Source: Spirochaetia bacterium
GTDB taxonomy: Bacteria > Spirochaetota > Spirochaetia > WTKD01 > G963693115
DNA: 64,000 nucleotides
Direction of reading: 5' to 3'
Assembly: GCA_965226055.1 (NCBI GenBank)
Contig: CBDDCA010000006.1
Coordinates: 672,001 to 736,000 of the forward strand
In this document: piece by piece, positions 42,314 through 52,073 of the stretch
Numbering within the stretch: the first letter of the stretch is position 1
Layout: each line of letters opens with the position of its first letter
Program-made: the position numbers and the translations under genes
The notes under the pieces: generated by a model
Seen by the model: only the letters and a program-made list of their open reading frames with translations
Told to the model about the DNA's origin: nothing
Database searches by the model: none

Positions 42314-42994
42314 ATTACTACTATCAATACATACATAGATCATACATTGCTCAAACAAGATACTAATGTTTCTCATTTATCATTCCATTGTAATCAAGCT
42401 ATTAAGCATAATTTTTATTGTGTTTGTGTAAATAGCTCTTATATACCATATGTTCGTACTATGCTTGATAGAACAAGTGTAAGAATATGTTCTACTGTTA
42501 ATTTTCCTTTAGGAGCCGCTTCTTTTCATGCGGTATGTGAAGAAGCAGTGCAAGCAATAAAAGACGGAGCGGATGAGATAGATACCGTTATGAATATATC
42601 ATTCTTAAAGTCAGGATACAAAGAAAAGATATTGAAAGATCTCATGATATTGCGTTCTGTTACAGAAGGAAAAGTCTTAAAGGTCATTCTTGAAACCTGT
42701 CTTCTTACGCAACAGGAAAAAATAACAGCGTGTGAAATATGCTGTGAAGCAAAAGTAGATTTTGTAAAAACATCTACAGGCTTTAGTACTGGAGGTGCTA
42801 CCCTAGAGGATGTAGCACTAATGAAGAAGCATACAGAACACTCATCAGTTAAGATTAAGGCTTCTGGAGGAATACGAGATTATAATACAGCATTACAATT
42901 TATTGAAGCAGGTGCTTCGCGTATTGGTACGAGTAATGGTGTTGTAATTGTTACAGGGGAAAGTACAGCTGTTAATGATAGCAGTATCTATTAG
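42314..42994 (+). CDS. deoC: Deoxyribose-phosphate aldolase, probable non-canonical ATT start
   Basis: IDHTLLK (upstream of the predicted TTG), VCVN, FPLG, GADEID.V.N, KVILET, FVKTSTGF, KASGGIR, RIGTS; AGGAGG at 42301-42306. Confidence 0.92.
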   Translation: MTTINTYIDHTLLKQDTNVSHLSFHCNQAIKHNFYCVCVNSSYIPYVRTMLDRTSVRICSTVNFPLGAASFHAVCEEAVQAIKDGADEIDTVMNISFLKSGYKEKILKDLMILRSVTEGKVLKVILETCLLTQQEKITACEICCEAKVDFVKTSTGFSTGGATLEDVALMKKHTEHSSVKIKASGGIRDYNTALQFIEAGASRIGTSNGVVIVTGESTAVNDSSIY

Positions 42995-43006
42995 GGAGAG
43001 GTAGGT

Positions 43007-43432
43007 GTGCCATCAATGATATCAAAGGATAGTATTGCTATTCTTATGGAAAAAGCACTTTCTGTTCGTCAGTATGCTCATGCTCCTTACTCTCATTTTA
43101 CGGTAGGAGCTGCGTTGTTGGGGGATGATAACATCTATTATGTAGGAGTAAATGTTGAAAATGCTTCTTATGGATTAGGGATATGTGCAGAAAGAAATGC
43201 TATTTTTAGTGCAAAGACACAGGGCATGCAGTATATACAGTCTATTGCGGTAGTAGGACAGACAAATGATGTTATAAGTCCTTGTGGAGCATGTCGTCAG
43301 ATTATTGCAGAGTTTAGTAACAGTGACACTACCGTTATATTAGGGAATGACAAAGGAGTATATAGACTGTACTCTATAGAAGAAATAATTCCATTTGCGT
43401 TTACTCTCAATGTTTCAAAAACAGAAGAGTAA
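43007..43432 (+). CDS. cdd: Cytidine deaminase
   Basis: APYSHF.VGAA, NVENASYGL.ICAER, SPCGACRQ. Confidence 0.95.
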   Translation: MPSMISKDSIAILMEKALSVRQYAHAPYSHFTVGAALLGDDNIYYVGVNVENASYGLGICAERNAIFSAKTQGMQYIQSIAVVGQTNDVISPCGACRQIIAEFSNSDTTVILGNDKGVYRLYSIEEIIPFAFTLNVSKTEE

Positions 43433-43453
43433 AAAAGGCTTCAGCAAATATCA

Positions 43454-43481
43454 AAAAAAGAAGGTATTCTCTTTCTTTTTT
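43454..43481 (+). terminator. Possible terminator of the pdp-deoC-cdd operon
   Basis: AAAAAAGAA...TTCTTTTTT inverted repeat; weak, AT-rich stem. Confidence 0.4.
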
Positions 43482-43623
43482 GTGTATTATATTATATATT
43501 GTTTTCGCAGATATAGTGTAAGATGTGTTTTACTTATACTCTTATAGAGTGTATTCTTTTTTTCTCCTTGAACTCGCAATAATACATTACATAAATGAGT
43601 TATATAAAAATGTAAAAAAAATT

Positions 43624-43637
43624 GGGGGGGGGGGGGG
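43624..43637 (+). repeat. Homopolymeric G14 tract upstream of the giant lipoprotein promoter
   Basis: AAAAAAAATT-G14-TAAAGC in an otherwise AT-rich intergenic region. Confidence 0.95.
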
Positions 43638-43662
43638 TAAAGCAATAAAATGTGTAAAAATA

Positions 43663-43692
43663 TTGCTATAAAAAAGAAAATACTGCTATAAT
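43663..43692 (+). promoter_or_regulatory. Putative sigma70 promoter of the giant lipoprotein gene
   Basis: TTGCTA, 18-nt spacer, TATAAT with extended -10 (TGcTATAAT). Confidence 0.6.
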
Positions 43693-43748
43693 AAGGAGTG
43701 TAAGGATGATGAGCAATCATCATATAAATAAAAAATATGGAGGTCCAT

Positions 43749-46700
43749 ATGAACCAAAAAAATAATAAGAATCATGCAAGAGGCATAAAGAATAGATATA
43801 TCGTGTTAGGGGCGATACTACTGATGATGGTAGTGGGAAGTTGTGAGGAGCCTGAAAGTAGCAGTAGCTCACCGTCAGCACCACCAGTACCACCGCCACA
43901 GGCAGTACTGTCATGGGAAGAATTGTATAAGCAAGAAGAGAAGCTGGTAGTATTATTTTCTGATCCGCTTGCGTCTTATGAAGCAAGCAAGATAGTAATC
44001 AACAAGACAGTAAAAGGAGGGACAGCAAGTAAGCTGGCATTGACAAAGGACTATACGCTAAAGCTGGAAGGGAAAACGCTTGTGATAACATTCACAAAGA
44101 AAGTAGAGAAAGAGGAGATGTATGCAGTGCAGATACAAGCAGGAGGAGTAAAGAGTACCGCAGGCAAGACAAATGAGCGATCAGAGGATAAGCGAGTAAC
44201 GATAAACAAGGAGCCTGAGCTAGAGATAGGGCTATGGTATATAGATCCTACAGGAGGCAAGAAAATAATAATAACATTTAATGAAGAAGTAAGGATACTG
44301 GATGCGAGCAAGATAAAGGCGCAAAAGAAGGAAGCAGACAGCTATGCAGATATAGAGGTATCATCAGTAGCAGTAAAAGAAGCAGATAAGAGTCAGTTAG
44401 AAATAGAATTAAAAGAAGGAGCAAAAGCCCAAGAGAAATACAAGGTGATCATAGAGAAAGGAGGAATAAAAGGAGCAACAGAAGGAAATGCGACCAGATG
44501 GGAAACAGGAGAGATAGAGTATCAACAAAATCCATTACAGGAGCAGGCAGTATATATAGTAGGAAAAAAGATAACAGTAGTATTTGGGATAGCATTAAAA
44601 AGTATAGAAGCATCCAAGATAAAAGTGAAGAAAAAGCAAGGAGAAAACTATGAAGAGTTGACAGTGTCTGAGCTTCCCGATATAAACAAGAAGATAAATA
44701 AGGAGCAAAAGAAGCACTTAGAGTTAGAATTAGGACAGGCTCCCAAGCAAGGAGAGGTGTACCGCATAGCTTTTGAAGCAGGAGCGTTGACAGATATAAG
44801 CAATCAACAAAGTGGGCAGAGAGAACCGACCGATAAGGACATAGAGATAAACGGGGGCCCGGTACTAGATAGCAGCAAAGATCCGTATATAGTAGGCAAA
44901 GAGATAACAGTAGCGTTTGATAAAGAATTAGTACTGCTGGATACGAGCAAGATAAAGGTACTGAAGCAAGCATCAGGCGGATCAGTCTTTAGTGAATTAG
45001 ATGCGACAGCCTTGCCCGAAGCAAATAAAGTACTGAATGGGAGTGATAAGAAACTATTAGAGCTGACACTATCAGAAACAGAAACGATACAAACAGGAGA
45101 CAAGTATAGGATACAGCTGGAAGCAGGAGCAGTAAGAGATACCGATGAAGGAAATGCAGAGATTTCACCGACCGATAAGGACATAGAGATAGAGGAAAAG
45201 CCTGAGTTATCTCCAGAGGGTCCGTACATAGTAGGCAGAGAGATAACAGTGAGTTTTGCAGGAGCAGTAACGCTGCTGGATGCGAGTAAGGTAAAAGTAT
45301 TGAAGCAATCAGGAGGAGCATCTAATTTTACAGAGGTGTCGGTGAGTAGTGTAGTATTGGACAGCAATGATACAACAAAGCTAAAAGTGACAATACCAGC
45401 GACACAGACAGGAGAAACCTATAGGATAAAGATAGAACCAGGAGCAGTAGAGAATGGGAACAAGAAAGCCAATGAAGAGCTAGCGCCAACGGATAAGGAC
45501 ATAATGATAACAGGAGGAGCAGTATTAGATACAAGCAAAGATCCGTATATAGTAGGCAAAGAGATACGAGTGTTCTTTACAAAAGCTATAGCATTCCTCG
45601 ATAAGAGCAAGGTAAAAGTATTGAAGCAAGCAGTAGGAGGATCAACCTTTAGTGAATTAAATACGACAGCCTTACCCGAAGCAAATAAAGTGATCAATAG
45701 CAGTGATAAGAAGCAACTAGAGCTGACACTTGTAGGAACAGTACAGACAGGAGAAACGTATAGGATAAAGCTAGAAGCAGGAGCAGTACTCTCTGAGAAT
45801 GAAGGAAATGCAGAGATTTCACCGACCGATAAGGACATAGTGATAACAGGAGGCCCGGTACTAGATAACAGTAAAGATCCATACATAGTGGGCAAAGAGA
45901 TAACAGTAATGTTTGATAGGAATGTGGAGATACTGGATAAAAGCAAGATACAAGTACTAAAGCAAGGAGCAGGAGAGTCAAAATTTAGTGCATTAAATAC
46001 CACTGCGTTGCCCGAAGCAAATAAAGTACTCAATGGAAGCAATAAGAAACAACTCGAACTGACGCTTGTAGGAACAATACAGACAGGAGACAAGTATAGG
46101 ATAAAGCTAGAAGCAGGAGCAATACGAGATACCGATGAAGGAAATACAGAGCTCGCACCAGAAAATAAGGACATAGAGATAACAGGAGGCCCGGTGCTAG
46201 ATAACAATCAAGCCCCGTACATAGTAGGCAAAGAGATAACAGTGACATTTGATAAAGCTATAGCATTCCTCGATAAGAGCAAGATAAAAGTATTGAAGCA
46301 AGCAGTAGGAGGGTCAACCTTTAGTGAATTGAATACGACAGACTTGCCCGAAGCAAATAAAGTACTCAATGGGAGTAATAAGAAACTACTCGAACTAACG
46401 CTTGTAGGAACAGTACGGACAGGAGAAACCTATAGGATAAAGCTGGAAGCAGGAGCCATACTCTCTGAGAATGAAGGAAATGCAGAGATTTCACCGACCG
46501 ATAAAGACATAGTGATAAAGGAGAATCCTGTGTTAAATAATAGTATCCCCCCGTATATAGTAGGAACTGTGATACGAGTAATCTTTGATAGAGTGGTAAG
46601 CATAGAGGACAAGAGCAAAATAAAAGTGCAGAAGAAAGCATCAGGAGGCACATTTACAGAGCTGGTAGTATCAGGAAGTAATAAAGAACTGGACACAGAT

Positions 46701-49700
46701 AAAAAGATACTAAAAATAACAATACCGTCTCCGACAACAGGAGACACATATAGGCTAGAATTGGAAGCGGGGGCTGTGAGTGCGAATGGGAGAGACAATG
46801 AGGCAATAGCACCGACCGATAAGGACATAGTAATAACAGGAGGCCCGGTACTAGATAGCAGCAAAGATCCGTATATAGTAGGCAAAGAGATACGAGTGTT
46901 CTTTACAAAAGCAATAACATTTTTGGATAAGAGCAAGGTAAAAGTATTGAAGCAAGCAGTAGGAGGCTCAACCTTTAGTGAATTGAATGCGACAGTATTG
47001 CCCGCAGCAAATAAAGTAATCAATAGCAGTGATAATAAGCAGTTAGAACTGACGCTTGTAGGAACAGTACGGACAGGAGAAACCTATAGGATAAAGCTGG
47101 AAGCAGGAGCAGTAAAAGATGCAAGTGAAGGAAACGCAGAGATCTCACCAACAGGGAAGGATATAGTGATAAGCGGAGGCCCGGTACTTGATGGAAATGT
47201 TACCTTAGCAAGTAAAGTGATAACAGTAACATTTGATAGAACAATAACAATAGTATCAAAGAAGAAAATAAAAGTACTCAAGAAAACAACAAGCGAAGTG
47301 AGCTATAAAGAAGTGAGTACCAGTGAATTACCGGAAGCCAATAAACAAAGGGCAGGAGGGAATGACAAGCAGCTGAAGTTGACGTTGGTAGGAACATTGA
47401 GAAACAACGATAGCTACAGAATAGCACTAGAGGCAGGAGCAGTGAAAGACACAGATGAAGGGAATGCAGAGCTAGCACCAACAGATAAAGATGTAGTGGT
47501 AACAGGAGGAGCGATGCTTGATGGAAGCAAAGCAATGTCAGTAGTAGGAAAAGAGTTTACCATACCGCTGGATAAAGTAGTGAGCATAGAGGATAAGAGT
47601 AAGATAAAACTGAAGAAGCAAGCAGTAGGAGGAAGTGCATTTATTGACTTAACTGACAGTGAATTACCAGCAGCGAACAAAGGATTAGTATCATCAAACA
47701 ATGCGTTGAAGCTAACTGTAGCACAGACCCCCACGACAGGAGAAACCTATAGGATAGAGCTAGAAGCAGGAGCAGTAAAAGCAGCAGGAGATATACTCAA
47801 TGATACGATAGCGCCAACGAACAAGGATATAGTGATAAGTGGCGGTCCAGTACTGGATAGCAGTACAGATCCATATATAGTGGGAGCAGTGATACTAGTG
47901 AGTTTTGATAGCACTATAACAATCATAGATAAAGATAAGATAAAAGTGCAGAAGAAAGCATCAGGAGGCACATTTACAGAACTGGATGATACAGCAGTAC
48001 CAGATAATAGTATAGTAAAAGATACGAACAATGCGAAAGTGCTAAAAATAACAGTACCAACCCCAAAGAAGAATGACACCTATCGCTTAGAGTTTGAAGC
48101 AGGAGCGGTATCCTCTGGAAATGAAGGAAATAGAACAATAGCACCGACCGACAAGGATATAGTGATAGCAGGAGGAGCAGTATTAGATACAAGTAAAGAT
48201 CCGTATCGAGTAGGAACAGTGATAATAGTGAGCTTTGATAAGAATATAGCATTTTTAGATAAGAGCAAGATAAAAGTGAAGAAGCAGGCAGTAGGAGGAA
48301 GTTCGTATACCGATGTGGCAGTATCGGGGAGTAATATAGCAAAAGATACGAATGATGAGAAAGTGCTAAAAATAACAGTGCCAACCCCACAGAATAAAGA
48401 GAAGTATCGCTTAGCATTTGAAGAGGGAGCCTTGCTCTCTGGGAAAGAAGGAAATGAGGCAATAACCCCGACAAATAAGGACATAACGATAGGAGATGGC
48501 CCTGTGTTGAGTGCAGGAACGAAGCTGAACGTAGCAAAGAAAAGGGTATTAGAAGTATCGTTTCCTGTAGAGGTAGAGCTCATAGCCCCAGATAGTATAG
48601 TGGTATCTAAAAAAGCAAAAGGAGGAAGTTTTAGTCCCTTAGGAACTTCCGATAGGACGATAGCAGTGGATAGTACCGATGAAAAGAAGATACAGATTAC
48701 GCTCACTAAAAGTGACTTAGCACAAGACGAGACATGGAAAGCAGAGTTTCCCGCAGGAACAGTATTAGGAGTAGCAAGTAGAAATGGAAATAGTACTAGT
48801 CAAATAACAGGAGAATATACGATAGATGATATATATGATTTGTACACATGGAAGCAACTGGTTACCAGCAATGAGGATCCTAAAAAGACGGGTATTTGGA
48901 ATAAACGTGAAAGACTTGGTTCTGTAGTGTTTAAGAATAGAATATGGGCATTGGGAGGAAACGATAGTAATGATAATTTTCTTAATGATGTATGGAGCAG
49001 TGCTGATGGGCAGGTATGGAAAGAACATACCACGAGTAACGAAGATAAAACAAGTACTATTTGGAGTAAACGTCAAGAGCTTGGTTCTGTAGTGTTTAAG
49101 AATAGGATATGGGTTATGGGAGGGATTGAGGATCCTTATATTGCACTTAATGATGTGTGGAGCAGTGCTGATGGAGAAGTATGGAAAAAGCACACCACGA
49201 GTAACAAAAATGGAACAAATACTATTTGGAGGGGACGTGCCCTATCAGCTGTGGTGGTATTTCAGAATAAGATCTGGATTATAGGAGGATACGAATCCCC
49301 TGATAGTCATCTCACTGATATATGGAGCAGTGCTGATGGGAATGTATGGGAAGAGCATAGTATAAGCGATTCTACCGGTGATAATACTAAATTATGGGGA
49401 CAAGCTGGTTATCCTTATAGTATTGTAGAGTTTAAGAGTAAGATATGGGTTATAGGAGGATACGACAAGAGCAAGACAGATTTTAGTAATAATAACATAT
49501 GGAGCAGTACTGATGGGATTGTATGGAAAAGGCATACTACAAGTTCAATTTGGGCTGATGGTCGTCACAATTTTACCTCTTTGGTGCTTGATAATAAGAT
49601 GTGGGTTGTTGGAGGTTCTACTGTTAAGGATAATGGTAATGATATATGGAGTAGTGCTGATGGAGAAGTGTGGAAAGTACATAGTGCTACCATAAACCAT

Positions 49701-49811
49701 AAAGAAATTCACAACTATGCTGCTGAGGTATTCAAGAACAAAATCTTTTTGCTAGGGGGATTTATAGAGAATTTTAAAGAAATCGATGATGTTTGGACAT
49801 TTCCCAACTAA
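43749..49811 (+). CDS. Giant surface lipoprotein/adhesin: about 15 Ig-like repeats plus C-terminal Kelch-like beta-propeller
   Basis: GGAGG RBS before ATG 43749; signal and lipobox VGS-C, Ser/Pro linker; about 112-aa repeats PVLD..KDPYIVGKEI.V.F...Y.I.LEAGAV; C-terminal repeats VFKNRIWV.GG...NDVWSSADG..W. Confidence 0.9.
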   Translation: MNQKNNKNHARGIKNRYIVLGAILLMMVVGSCEEPESSSSSPSAPPVPPPQAVLSWEELYKQEEKLVVLFSDPLASYEASKIVINKTVKGGTASKLALTKDYTLKLEGKTLVITFTKKVEKEEMYAVQIQAGGVKSTAGKTNERSEDKRVTINKEPELEIGLWYIDPTGGKKIIITFNEEVRILDASKIKAQKKEADSYADIEVSSVAVKEADKSQLEIELKEGAKAQEKYKVIIEKGGIKGATEGNATRWETGEIEYQQNPLQEQAVYIVGKKITVVFGIALKSIEASKIKVKKKQGENYEELTVSELPDINKKINKEQKKHLELELGQAPKQGEVYRIAFEAGALTDISNQQSGQREPTDKDIEINGGPVLDSSKDPYIVGKEITVAFDKELVLLDTSKIKVLKQASGGSVFSELDATALPEANKVLNGSDKKLLELTLSETETIQTGDKYRIQLEAGAVRDTDEGNAEISPTDKDIEIEEKPELSPEGPYIVGREITVSFAGAVTLLDASKVKVLKQSGGASNFTEVSVSSVVLDSNDTTKLKVTIPATQTGETYRIKIEPGAVENGNKKANEELAPTDKDIMITGGAVLDTSKDPYIVGKEIRVFFTKAIAFLDKSKVKVLKQAVGGSTFSELNTTALPEANKVINSSDKKQLELTLVGTVQTGETYRIKLEAGAVLSENEGNAEISPTDKDIVITGGPVLDNSKDPYIVGKEITVMFDRNVEILDKSKIQVLKQGAGESKFSALNTTALPEANKVLNGSNKKQLELTLVGTIQTGDKYRIKLEAGAIRDTDEGNTELAPENKDIEITGGPVLDNNQAPYIVGKEITVTFDKAIAFLDKSKIKVLKQAVGGSTFSELNTTDLPEANKVLNGSNKKLLELTLVGTVRTGETYRIKLEAGAILSENEGNAEISPTDKDIVIKENPVLNNSIPPYIVGTVIRVIFDRVVSIEDKSKIKVQKKASGGTFTELVVSGSNKELDTDKKILKITIPSPTTGDTYRLELEAGAVSANGRDNEAIAPTDKDIVITGGPVLDSSKDPYIVGKEIRVFFTKAITFLDKSKVKVLKQAVGGSTFSELNATVLPAANKVINSSDNKQLELTLVGTVRTGETYRIKLEAGAVKDASEGNAEISPTGKDIVISGGPVLDGNVTLASKVITVTFDRTITIVSKKKIKVLKKTTSEVSYKEVSTSELPEANKQRAGGNDKQLKLTLVGTLRNNDSYRIALEAGAVKDTDEGNAELAPTDKDVVVTGGAMLDGSKAMSVVGKEFTIPLDKVVSIEDKSKIKLKKQAVGGSAFIDLTDSELPAANKGLVSSNNALKLTVAQTPTTGETYRIELEAGAVKAAGDILNDTIAPTNKDIVISGGPVLDSSTDPYIVGAVILVSFDSTITIIDKDKIKVQKKASGGTFTELDDTAVPDNSIVKDTNNAKVLKITVPTPKKNDTYRLEFEAGAVSSGNEGNRTIAPTDKDIVIAGGAVLDTSKDPYRVGTVIIVSFDKNIAFLDKSKIKVKKQAVGGSSYTDVAVSGSNIAKDTNDEKVLKITVPTPQNKEKYRLAFEEGALLSGKEGNEAITPTNKDITIGDGPVLSAGTKLNVAKKRVLEVSFPVEVELIAPDSIVVSKKAKGGSFSPLGTSDRTIAVDSTDEKKIQITLTKSDLAQDETWKAEFPAGTVLGVASRNGNSTSQITGEYTIDDIYDLYTWKQLVTSNEDPKKTGIWNKRERLGSVVFKNRIWALGGNDSNDNFLNDVWSSADGQVWKEHTTSNEDKTSTIWSKRQELGSVVFKNRIWVMGGIEDPYIALNDVWSSADGEVWKKHTTSNKNGTNTIWRGRALSAVVVFQNKIWIIGGYESPDSHLTDIWSSADGNVWEEHSISDSTGDNTKLWGQAGYPYSIVEFKSKIWVIGGYDKSKTDFSNNNIWSSTDGIVWKRHTTSSIWADGRHNFTSLVLDNKMWVVGGSTVKDNGNDIWSSADGEVWKVHSATINHKEIHNYAAEVFKNKIFLLGGFIENFKEIDDVWTFPN
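44850..48500 (+). repeat. Intragenic tandem repeat array, unit about 330-345 nt
   Basis: Recurrent CCGACCGATAAGGACATAG, AAAGATCCGTATATAGTAGG and GAAGCAGGAGCAGTA blocks; boundaries approximate. Confidence 0.9.
48890..49800 (+). repeat. Kelch-like repeats (about 150-175 nt units)
   Basis: TGGAGCAGTGCTGATGG recurs at about 48993, 49158 and 49323 and as variants at about 49500 and 49647. Confidence 0.8.
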
Positions 49812-49819
49812 AAGCACAC

Positions 49820-49853
49820 AAAAAGAGAGCAGGAGTATTTCTGCTCTCTTTTT
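49820..49853. terminator. Bidirectional rho-independent terminator
   Basis: AAAAAGAGAGCAG-loop-CTGCTCTCTTTTT between convergent genes. Confidence 0.85.
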
Positions 49854-49876
49854 AATTTGCATAGAAGAGACAGGTA

Positions 49877-50359
49877 TTATGCTAATAGATTGAATAAATG
49901 CTTACAACTACGTTCTATTATGGCATACACATCATAAAAGGCTTGGTCACCATTATAATAAGGATCAGGCACAGAAAGATCTTTTTCTGTTGCTTGAGGA
50001 TCATATTCTCTTAAATAATGAACTTTTGTCAAAAGAGACTGTTTTGTAGAAGAAAGCATTCTCTGTATTTCAATAATATGGCTGGCATCCATAACATAAA
50101 TGTAATCAAATTGTTCTATATCAGCTAATTCTATTTGTCGTGATTTTTTATGTAATTGCCAGCCATATTCTGATGCAACAGCACGCATGCGTGTATCTGC
50201 ATTTTGTCCAATATGCCATGCTCCTGTGCCACAGGAATCTACTATGAAATTGTTGTGCTTGTTATTTTCTTGTGCAATTTTTTCAAATAGTCTGTGAGCA
50301 AGCGGGCTTCTACAGATGTTGCCTGTACATACAAACAAAATACTTATTTTTTCTTGCAT
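49877..50359 (-). CDS. Low-molecular-weight protein-tyrosine phosphatase
   Basis: FVCTGNICRSP P-loop, DSCGT..WH.G, MD..H, VPDPYY. Confidence 0.93.
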   Translation of the reverse strand: MQEKISILFVCTGNICRSPLAHRLFEKIAQENNKHNNFIVDSCGTGAWHIGQNADTRMRAVASEYGWQLHKKSRQIELADIEQFDYIYVMDASHIIEIQRMLSSTKQSLLTKVHYLREYDPQATEKDLSVPDPYYNGDQAFYDVYAIIERSCKHLFNLLA

Positions 50360-50372
50360 AATGATAGTTCCT

Positions 50373-51911
50373 TTATTGTTCTATGGTATATAATAGAGGG
50401 AGGATTTTCTTTACAAATTCCCATACACGAAATGTAGATTCTATATGTATTCGTTCCATAGGGGAATGTAAATACTGAATATCAGGACCAAAAGATATCA
50501 TATCAAGCTCATGTGCTACTCGTGTATTAAGCATAGCACATTCAATGCCTGCATGAACAGGAGCTACAACGGGAGCATGGTGATATATTTTTTTATATTC
50601 TTCAATAAAAAATGATAATAAGCGAGAGGTCGGTGCAGGACTCCATGCAGGATATGAATTTTCTGTTACTGTATGAATATCATCATCTGAGAAAATGCTG
50701 TTGAAGATACGGGTAAGGTATTTTTCTGCTACTGTACTAAGAAAACGGCAATTATTAACAATTTTTACTGTACCCTGAATAGTTTGAATGCTTGCAAGAT
50801 TATTTGACATAGTACTATCAATACTCTCAAGCCCTTTGCGATATAAAACACCAGTAGGACATAGGCGTAAAAGCTGTAATATACGATTGCATGAACGAGT
50901 ACTAAGTACATTTCTATTATCTATGGCATTGTTTTCACACAATGATATACGTATGTCTTTGTCTTTATCAGGTAGCTCAAGAATGATATTTTCTAAGCAA
51001 TGTTGTATGATTGTCTGAATATTGTCTGCGTCTGATGCTTGAATCCAACATTGTATTTGTGCAAAGCGAGGGATTGCATTTCGTTTATCGCCACCTTCTA
51101 TGGAAACAATATGGAGCTCATGCTGTTCTTGTATTTCGCTTAGTACCCATTCTATAACTTTAAGTGCATTTCCTCTTCCATCATAAATTTCCATACCACT
51201 ATGTCCACCAGACAAGCCTTCTACAGTTAATGTGTATGCTTTATATGTAGTACCCTGAATACTTGTTGTTGCTATAGGAATGCTACTTACAAAATCTTTA
51301 CCTCCAGCACAACCAGTACAAAAAAATCCTTCCTCAGAGTTGTCAATGTTAAGTAAGTACTTTGCATGAATCATGTCTTTTCCTAGATGAGCAGCACCAG
51401 TAAGTCCAATTTCCTCCTCTATGGTAAACAATAGCTCAAGTGGACCGTGCTGTATAGGACATTCTATGCTCATGAGTTCCATTGCCATTGCTACAGCAAT
51501 GCCATTATCTGCGCCAAGTGTAGTTCCTATTGCATGAAGCCACTGTGCTTCTTTTTCCTTATTGTCATGCTTATTTGATATATCTTGGGTATTCGGTACT
51601 GTAATTATTTCCAGCTGTAATCCTTCTTGTAAGAAATCTATAGATTTTTCAGCATCTTTTTCACATACCATATCAAGATGGCTTTGTATTGCACAAGGAG
51701 GAGCTTGTTCTAGGGCTTTTGTATTTGCAGGAATATATACCACGATGTTGCCATAGGTATCCTCTTTGTACTCTCGTTTCCATTTTTTTGCATACGATAG
51801 TACCCATTCTTTTGCTTTTTCTTCGTGTCCCGAAGGACGTGGTATCCCGCTTAATTCAATAAAATAACGAAATACTTCTTTTTGTTGTAATGATTCAATG
51901 TTAGTGTACAT
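50373..51911 (-). CDS. pepD: Aminoacyl-histidine dipeptidase (M20C)
   Basis: IPRPSGHE, QSHLDMVCEK, GTTLGADNGI, EEEIGLTGA, GGHSG, NAIPR, HAGIEC, HSP.ER. Confidence 0.9.
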   Translation of the reverse strand: MYTNIESLQQKEVFRYFIELSGIPRPSGHEEKAKEWVLSYAKKWKREYKEDTYGNIVVYIPANTKALEQAPPCAIQSHLDMVCEKDAEKSIDFLQEGLQLEIITVPNTQDISNKHDNKEKEAQWLHAIGTTLGADNGIAVAMAMELMSIECPIQHGPLELLFTIEEEIGLTGAAHLGKDMIHAKYLLNIDNSEEGFFCTGCAGGKDFVSSIPIATTSIQGTTYKAYTLTVEGLSGGHSGMEIYDGRGNALKVIEWVLSEIQEQHELHIVSIEGGDKRNAIPRFAQIQCWIQASDADNIQTIIQHCLENIILELPDKDKDIRISLCENNAIDNRNVLSTRSCNRILQLLRLCPTGVLYRKGLESIDSTMSNNLASIQTIQGTVKIVNNCRFLSTVAEKYLTRIFNSIFSDDDIHTVTENSYPAWSPAPTSRLLSFFIEEYKKIYHHAPVVAPVHAGIECAMLNTRVAHELDMISFGPDIQYLHSPMERIHIESTFRVWEFVKKILPLLYTIEQ

Positions 51912-52073
51912 AGTTTAATGATATGCAAAAAAGCGTTTTTATGTGCGTTACTATTGTGTTACATATCGTTTATATTTCTCTATAAATGATATGGTACAGG
52001 TTACAATAAAGCTATAGAGTAATATGATATTGTAGAGTATAATAGTATATGTAATGAAAAGGGTATATACAGT

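Noticed and set aside
43693-43765. 19-codon uORF (MMSNHHINKKYGGPYEPKK) overlapping the giant gene start, preceded by AAGGAG
   Set aside because: The AAGGAG lies immediately after the predicted -10 box and so probably upstream of the transcription start; no other support
43720-49193. Numerous long minus-strand ORFs opposite the 2020-aa gene
   Set aside because: Antisense shadows of the repeat array that mirror its periodicity
44850-49700. Regularly spaced DNA repeats as a possible CRISPR array or DGR template/variable repeats
   Set aside because: Repeats are in-frame protein domains with related, not unique, intervening sequence; differences are not confined to adenines; no cas or reverse-transcriptase gene is in the window
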